In this document: one piece after another, positions 55,664 to 64,000 of the stretch | How the letters are laid out: the number at the start of each line of letters is the position of its first letter | Numbering within the stretch: the stretch's first letter is position 1 | NCBI RefSeq assembly: GCF_009914755.1 | Contig: NC_060931.1 | Length of the DNA: 64,000 bases | Direction: 5' to 3' (one strand) | Origin: the human T2T-CHM13v2.0 reference genome, Homo sapiens | Made by a program: the position numbers and the translations under genes | The notes under the pieces: generated by a model | Databases searched by the model: none | What the model was told of the DNA's origin: nothing | The model's input: the letters and a program-made list of their open reading frames with translations, nothing else

Positions 55664-55871
55664 AATTCAAACAATTCTTGAACACAGACTCCACCAGATA
55701 GTGGGTTAGGCTCTTTTACAGATTAAAACTGTCTCCTACTATAAAGTTGTACAACAAAGAGAGGGAAACGTTTAAAAACTATTCAGTATTTGGGTGCATC
55801 TGAAGTATATTTTAATTAGAAGTGTTTCCATTCCTTAAAACACATACTGGAATCGTGTAAGTTCTTAAATT

Positions 55872-55905
<34 letters not shown>

Positions 55906-56509
55906 AGCATTACCTGGAGTTAATCCAGGTCCTAGTGATATACAATAGAAAAGAGAACCATCTAGAGAGTGTACTGCAGTTTCAGTAGCTTTTGTTGTGG
56001 TTGTTGGGAAGTCAGGGGTGAATTGATTATACAATCACATTATAGATTACATTTCAAACACAATATTCAGGCCAAGGACTCTTATTTTGCTTTTCAATAG
56101 AAGTTTCTATGTCCTTAGAAGAACTGAATAATTTAATTATCACATTTTAAAATCTGCTAATGATTAGTTTTGGTGACTAAAAACCAGAAAGAAAAAGTAG
56201 GCTTTTTATTCATCTTTAAGATCCCTGGTGAATAACCCAAAAGAGAGAATGTAGTATCTGCTTCCCTCGCTTAAGGCACTGGAACCCTAAGTCATGTTTG
56301 CATATTTTTTTGTGTGTGTGTGTGGTTTCCCCCTGTCCTTTCAGGTAACATTATTCAGTGTTGGAAAAAGTCTTCCAGCACTGAATTCTCAGTCACATAA
56401 ATGCATTTTAAGAATTATATGTTATTTATTTATTAAAGCAAATACAAAATAAAGAGAACATTTTAATGACCCTATTACGCTTTCAATTGTATGTTCTTTC
56501 ACTCTAGAT

Positions 56510-56660
56510 TTTTCAGAGGTGGATGGACCTTGGGGATTGTTTAGTCTAGTTCTCTCATTTAATAAGGAGAAAGCTAAGAGAAGTGAGTGACTTATTTGAG
56601 GTCACAAAGCTAATTAATTGTGGCATCTAGATTGAAACATAGATCCTCTGGGCATGAGTC
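56510..56660 (-). mobile_element. MIR
   Basis: GGACCTTGGGGATTGTTTAGTCTA..GAGGTCACAAAGCTAAT. Confidence 0.6.
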
Positions 56661-59600
56661 AGTAAAATCCAGGGTTGGGGTAAATGAGGGACAATGTTAA
56701 AGAACACCTCCAATCTGAAATCACTCATTCTCTCTCTTTTTTAAAAATCTTTTTCAATTAATTTTTTCAGGTAAAATTTATTCACAATGAATTGGACAAT
56801 AAATGTTTTGATATATCTATATCCTTACATTTGGAGCAGTTCCAGCTCTAAAAAAATTTATCTGTGCCCCTTTGAAGTCAATTCTCATCCCCTATTTCTG
56901 AGTGCAGGCAACTACTAATAATTTTTTTTGTCACTATAGATTAGATCTGATGTTATAGAATTTCACATAAATTAGTTTATGTGGTATATATCCTTTTGTG
57001 TCTGAATTCATTAGTTCAGCATAATATTTTTTAGATTCATTCATGCTTTTAGCTGAGTTGGACTAAGTAGAATTATATCACCATATGTCTATCTATTCAC
57101 TTCTTAGAACTTGAGGTCTTCATTTTTTTTTGGCTATTATAAATAAATATTATTCTATAAACATGAATTTACAAGCTTAGAAATACGGTTTCATTTCTCT
57201 GGTGTAAATAAATTGGAGTGGAATTGCTGAGTCATATGATGAATTTACATTTGTAGGAAAATGCTAAACAGCACCCTAAAATGGTGTTTCACATTCTCAC
57301 CAGTGATAGAGGAGAGTTCTACTGCTTCATATCCATTAATTAATTAATATCCTTTAATTAATTAAAATTGCTACACATTTTCATTTTCTTCTAGTGGGTG
57401 TGGATTTTTATTTATCCTTTTCAAAATTGTTTTTAACTTTCTCGATATTTTGTATTTCCATATGAACTTTAAAATTGGATTGTCAATGTCCACAAAAAGG
57501 CATCCTGGGATTTTTAGTGAGATTGCATGGAATCTATAGACAATTTTAGAGAAAATATACTTGCATATATTTAAAACAATTTATTCCTAAGAACAAATTT
57601 TATTTTTATTTTTTAAAATTTTATCTTTTAAACAAGACTTTATTTTTTAGGCTAGTTCACAGCAAAAAGGAACAGAAGGTACAGAGATTTCTCATATTTC
57701 CCTTCCCCCCACACACGCATGGTCTCCTCCATTATCAATGTCTCCCACCAGGGTGGTACACCTGTTGCAATTGGTGAACCTACATTGACACATCATTATC
57801 ACCCAAAGTCCATACTTAACATCAGGGTTCACTCTTAGTGTTGCACATTCTGTGGGTTTGGATGAATGTACAATGACATGTATCCATCATCATTTTATTA
57901 GACAAGTAGTTTCATTGTTGTAAAAATCCTCTGTGCTCCCCCTCTTCATTCCTCCCTTCCTCTTAATCCCTGGCAACCACTGATCTTTTCACTGTCTCCA
58001 TAGTTTTGTCTTTTCCCACAATGTCTTGTAATTGGAATCACATGTACTATGTAGGCTTTTCAGATTGGCCAGCTTTTGTTTTAATTTTTCTTTCTAATGT
58101 TTCATGGCTAGTGTGTAGAAATACAATTGATTTATGTAAATTGGTCTGTATCACGTGACCTTATGAAACTCCCTTATTAGTTTCAGTAGCTTTTCTGTAA
58201 ATTTTTACATATACAATCATGTTTTTCTGAATAAAGAATGTTTAACTTGTTCTTTCCAATGTATATTTCCTGATTAATTTTCCTTCCTCATTTCAATAGC
58301 TAAGATCTGCATATTTCATTAAACAGAAGTGGTGGGAGTAGTCATCTTTACCTTATTCAAAGACTTAGAGAAAAAGTGTTTGGTTTATCACAGTTAATTT
58401 AGATGTCAGCTACAGTTTCCATAGCTGCTCTTCAAAATTTGTGAATTTTTATTTTCTTCCTAGTTTGCTAGGAGTTTTTTTTTTTAATCATAAATAGGTT
58501 TTGCATTTTTGTCATTTTTTTCTTGAATCTTATGAAATGATTATATACATCCCCTTAGTTTTTCAGTATGGAGAATAATATTAATTGACTTTCAAATGCT
58601 AAGCCTATCTTGAATTCCTGGTATCTCATTCAGTCAATATGCATTACCATTTTTATATATTACAGATTTAATTTTTAAACATTAGTTTTAGGACTTACAT
58701 GATTTCATTCATAGTTGTTATTGCTCTGTAATTGTCTTTTCCTGTAATTTCTTTCTATCAATTTGATATAATATTAATGGCCTCAATAATGAATTGGGAA
58801 GTATTTCCCCTGTCTCTATTTTCTGAAAGAGGTTATGTAAGATTGGTATTAATTATCCCTTAAATATTTTGTAAAATTCATCAATGACCACATATGCATC
58901 TAGAACTTACATTTTTGAAGGCTTTTTAAAAATAAGTTCAACTTCTTTAAGAGAGATAAAGGAATTTAGATTTTCTGAAGCAATATATTTTTTCTTTCAG
59001 TTTTTGTAATTTGTATCTATTAAGACATTTATTCATTTCTTATAAATTACTAAAAATATTTCCTTCATGTCCAGTAAAGGTTTGAAGACCCTCTATTCTT
59101 GATATTAGTAATTTGTGTTTTTATACTAATTAGTATAGCTACATGTTTATCAATTTTATTGTTTTTTAAGGAACAAGCTTTGAATTTTATTACATTTATC
59201 TGGTTTTTTAATTTATTATATTCATTGATTTCAAAAATTCTTTTTTCTCTTCAATTTTGTTTTAATTTGCTTTTTTACTTAGTATTTTTACAGTGGAAAC
59301 ATCGAGTTTACTTTGAGATCTCTCTTCATTTTTAATATAAGCATTTAAAGCTATAAGTTCTGCTCCATTCAGCCTTCTCTGAATCCCACAAACATTCATT
59401 TGTGGTGTGTTTCATTTTCATTTAATTAAAAATACTTTATAATTTTCTTTGTGATTTCTCCTTAATCCATGGGCACATTGTTTGTATTTCAAAGTTATTA
59501 ATAATTTTCCAGATATTTTATTTGGTTATTGATTTCTGATTTAGTTCAACTCTGATCAGAGAATAACCTCTATACAATTCAAGAATCTTATCAAATGACC

Positions 59601-60240
59601 AAACATTTGATTTATCTTGGTGAACAATCCATATGCACTTGAAAACAATGTGCCTCTGCCATTGTTCACTGAAATTTTCTATATATGTAAATTAACTAAA
59701 TTTGTTTCATAATGTTGTTCAAATTTTTTATATTTTTACTTATTTTATTTACATTTGCCCTACTATTTAATGGGCAAGTAGTGTTGAGGCTTTCAACCTA
59801 ATGATGGATTTGTTCACATCTCTTTAAGTTCTGTCAGTTTTTTGCCTTACGGATTTTGAAGCTTGGTTATTAGGTGCATGCTTATTTTCATTACTATGTC
59901 CCTTTGATGAATGGACACTTTAATCATCTGTAAGATTTCTTATTATATTTGATAATATTCCTTGCCCCTGAAGTCTATATTGCTAATATTAAAAAAGTTA
60001 CTCTAGCATTCTTATATAGTATTTGCATGGCATACCTTTTTTCATCATTTTACTTTTGACTTACATATGTCTTTATAATTAAGGAAATTTTGCAGACAAC
60101 ATGTTGTTAAATCTTTATCTGGTATGGCAACTTCTGCACTTTGATGGAAATATTTAGAGCATATATGTACATTTAGTCTAATTTTCTTTTTGGTGGTATT
60201 TAATTCTCCCTTCATGGTGTTAGTTTTATATTTTCTCATC

Positions 60241-60578
60241 TCCTTCCTTCCTTCCTTCCTTCCTTCCTTCCTTCCTTCCTTCCTTCCTTCCTTCCTTCCT
60301 TCCTTCCTGCTCTGTCACTCAGTCTGGAATGCAGTGACATGATCTCAGCTCACGGCAACCTCCGCCTCCCAGGTTCAAGTGATTCTCCTGCCTCAGCCTC
60401 CCATGTAGCTTGAACTACAGGCATCACTACCACACCCAGCTAATTTGTTTGGATTTTTAGTAGAGATGGGCTTTCACCATGTTGGCCAGACTGGTCTTGA
60501 ACTCCTGACCTCAAGTGATCTGTCTGCCTCAGCCTCCCAAAGTGCTGGGATTACAGGCATGAGCCATAGCACCCAACC
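60241..60578 (-). mobile_element. AluS/J whose tail and 3' end are replaced by (TTCC)n (60241-60308)
   Basis: About 17 TTCC units directly abutting GCTCTGTCACTCAG. Confidence 0.9.
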
Positions 60579-60632
60579 AACCTGTTCTCTGTTTCATTTT
60601 CCTCTTTTTTGTTTTCTTTTGGGTTTAGTATA

Positions 60633-60973
<341 letters not shown>

Positions 60974-61766
60974 TAGCTTACAGGCTTTTCCCCTTTATTT
61001 TTATTCTTCTGGTTGTTCTAGAATATCAGTTATCATAACCTGCTTTCAAATGATACTATACCAAGTCATATGTCATATAAGAATCTTAATGAAGTACATG
61101 TCTATTTCCACTACTCCTGCTGTTTATGCTTTTGTTATCACACTTTTAAAATCTACATATATCTTATGACTTTAAAATACTTTGTTGACTATTTTTTAGA
61201 AATTGTGAGTATAAAAAATTTAAAAGAAATATATTGTATATTTAAGCCATATTTAAATTTTCTTATGCTCTTCCCATAATGTACATCTGAGTTTCCTTTT
61301 AGGTAGTATTTTCATTCAGCCTGAAGAACTTCCTTTTAGTAAGTCTTGTAGCATGGCTTTGGTGGTACTATATTTGCTTCATTTTGTTTGTGTGAAAACA
61401 TCTTTATTTTTCTTTAATTTTTGATGGATATTTCCTTTTTTCAGTGCTGTAAAGGGGTCATTACATTGTGCTATGTTTTGCATTGCTTCTTATATTCTCA
61501 ATTGTTACTTTTTAAAATTCTGCAAGTAATGTGTCTTCTCTAGTTGTTTATCTGTGTCATTAGTTTTAAGCAATTTGGTTATGGTGTGACTTGATTTTCT
61601 TTATGTCTTTCCATCTTGAAAATAAGTGGGCTTTTGGGATCTCTAGGTTTTAGTTTCATCAAATTTGAAAAATGTTTGACCGTTATTTCCTCAGGCAAAT
61701 ATTTTTTCCCTTATTTCTTTCTTCTCCTATTGGGGGCTACAGACATGTTTAAAAACTTAATGTTAT

Positions 61767-62219
61767 TATGAAGCAGATTCACTGTGCACTGGTTGCCAGC
61801 TTGTCTGAGTGTAGTGAGACATAATACTCATGCATGCAACAAGTTACTTGAAATGGGTTTACTACTTACAGATAGGCACCAAGGGACAACAAAAACCTAT
61901 GATTCGTTGTGAGCCAATCCCTCCCATCTCAAAATAGCTCCCCAGGGTGAAGGAGTCTCAACTGCATGTGGTCCACTTGCAGGAATTTCAGAAAGCAGCC
62001 TACCTTGGGTTTTAAACTTCAATGTAATGTGAATTGCTGGAAAAAGTGCTGAAGGACCTAAGTATGGAACTGGAATAGAGCCCAGGCTGTTTCAGCCCTT
62101 CCTTTCTTAACTCAAGATGTTGCATTCTCAGCACATTCTACAGGTATTATTGAGAACTGCAAGTAACAAAGGGGAGAGAACTATGTCAGTCTAAGGCTAC
62201 ATGTTGCAGTTCTCCCATA
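61767..62219 (-). mobile_element. ERVL solo LTR (MER70/LTR47 family)
   Basis: TGAAGCAGATTCACTGTGCACTGGTT, TACTTACAGATAGGCA, GATGTTGCATTCTCAGCACATTCTACAG. Confidence 0.7.
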
Positions 62220-62329
62220 GATCACTAAGGTTCTGTTTTTTCCCTATTAACAGAGCTCCAGAGCTTATTTTGATTTTATCAGTTTTTCCATTAATGTATT
62301 TTTTTTTCTTTCCAATGATCCAATTCAGG

Positions 62330-63337
62330 TGTATTCATATGTTTTTCTGTTGCTATAATAGAATGTTACAGACTAGGTAATTTATATATATATATAAACA
62401 AACAAGTTTATTTAGCTCACAGTTCTAAAGGCTGGGAAGTCCAAGAGCATGGCACTAGTGTTTGGTGAGAATCATGCCATGGCAGAAGGGTGAAAGGTGA
62501 GAGTAAGCACACAAGACAGAAGAAACACGGGCTGAATTAACACGGAAACTAACCACTCCATCAATAGTGGTATTAAACTATTCATGATGGCAGAGACCTC
62601 ATGACTCATTGTCTCCCAAAGCACCCATCTATTAACAGTGCCACAATGGCAGCCAAGTTTACAACATATAAACTTTCTGGGGACACACTCAAACCATAGC
62701 ATTCCACTTTTGGACTCCAAAATTTATATATTTCTCGCATGCAAAATACTTTTATTTCACCCCAATAGTCCCAAAAGTCTTGACTCACTCCAACACCAAC
62801 TAAAAAGCCCAAAGTCTCATTTAGATCAAATAAGAATATGACTCAAAACACAGTTCACCCCTAGATAAATTTCTCTGTCTGTGAGCTTGTGAAATAAAAC
62901 CAAGTTACCTAATTTACAATACAGTGATGGGACAAGTGGAAGATAGTCATTCCCATTTCCGAAGGGAGAAATATGCAAGAAAAGAGGGATAATTAGTCCC
63001 AAATAATTTCAAAACCTGACAAAGAAAACATTAAGTCTTAAAGCTGGAGAATAATCTCCTTTCACTTTTGTCCCACTTTCTAGATATACTGGGGTAACTG
63101 TTGGGCCACTATGACCTCAGGCATCCCTGCTCCTATGGCTTTTCTGGGCTCAGCCAAAGCAGCTCTGCCACACTGGCATTGCATGCTGGTGGCCCTACAG
63201 TTCTGGGGTCTCGGCATGGCCAGGCTCCCATGGCTTAATTAGGCATTGCCTCTTAAAGGTCACACCTCTTACTACCGTTACAATGACAATTACGTTTTCA
63301 ACACATAATTTTAGAGAGACATATTCCAACCACAACA
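62330..63337 (-). mobile_element. MST/MLT1A MaLR provirus with large internal deletion (LTR 62330-62701, internal to ~63250, partial LTR to 63337)
   Basis: TGTATT...CAAACCATAGCA followed by MaLR-int TTCCAC...CCCAAAAGTCTTGACTC; second LTR end at CCAACCACAACA. Confidence 0.8.
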
Positions 63338-63761
63338 CCGGGATATCATATTGCATTTGATTGTTATTATCCTCTCTCTATAGTCTCCTCTGGTCTGTGA
63401 CAGTTCCTCAAGCCTTTTAAATTTTTCATGACTGACAGTTTTGAAGGGTATAGGTAAGGTTTTTATATAATATCCCTCAATTTTTGTTTGTTTGTTTTCT
63501 GCTTTTCATCATACTAGGGTTATAAATTTGAGGAAAGAAAACCTTAAAAGTGGAATATCCTGCTCATCATATCCTATCAGGTGTACATGTTATCTACATG
63601 ACGTTCTTGATGATGTATTAAGCTAGTGTTTGCTGGGTTTCCCCCACTGAAAAATTAGTTTTTCTCTTTTTCTTCCTTGTTTCTTTTTTTTTTTTTTTTA
63701 CACTCAAGAACTTTTTATTTAAGTCTTTCATTTCCCCCAATGAAGGGCATTGGTGTCTTTG

Positions 63762-64000
63762 TTTTTTTAAATTTATTTATTTTACTTTAAGTTCTGGGAT
63801 TCATGTGCTAAACGTGCAGGTTTGTTACATAGGTATACATGTGCTATGGTGCTTTGCTGCACCTATCAACACGTCATCTAGGTTTTAAGTCTCATATGCA
63901 TTAGGTATTTGTCCTAATGCTCTCTCTCCTCTTTCCCTCCACCCTCTGACAGTCCCCAGTATGTGATGTTTCCCTCCCTGTGTCCACGTGTTCTCATTGT
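63762..64000 (-). mobile_element. L1PA8-like 3' end, running off the window
   Basis: ACTTTAAGTTCTGGGA, TCATCTAGGTTTTAAG..ATGCATTAGGTATTTGTCCTAATGCTCTC. Confidence 0.93.

Noticed and set aside
56762-56776. Second AG|GT juxtaposition TTTTTTCAGGTAAAA
   Set aside because: Corresponds to the T-rich end of an antisense L1M, with a weak donor.

Overview
AT-rich, repeat-dense primate genomic DNA, most likely human or hominoid: it carries AluY/AluS, L1PA8-class and THE1 elements. I find no credible protein-coding exon. The ORFs in the track that I can place are transposon remnants (Tigger1 transposase, L1 ORF2, Alu, THE1-int); the rest look like chance ORFs. The window is a mosaic of DNA transposons (Tigger1, MER63, MER8/MER2, MER96B, MER103), LINEs (every L1 piece I recognise is on the - strand), L2/MIR relics, about 11 Alu-family copies, MaLR/ERV LTRs including a two-LTR THE1D provirus, and a Y3 RNA pseudogene. 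Several multi-kb repeat-poor tracts look like regulatory non-coding DNA, possibly inside a long + strand intron. Most notable: (1) a closely spaced inverted Alu pair at 28.3-29.2 kb in which both copies carry repair scars, including a 206-bp templated insertion copied from 678 bp upstream plus a snap-back inverted segment; (2) a ~160-bp ancient palindromic MER134/Eulor-like element at 8.3 kb; (3) a probable L1PA8 3' transduction at 63.7 kb; (4) a candidate recursive splice site followed by a 14-bp RNA stem at 56.3 kb. No new biological system is demonstrated. Repeat subfamily names come from recalled consensus sequences and need RepeatMasker/Dfam confirmation.
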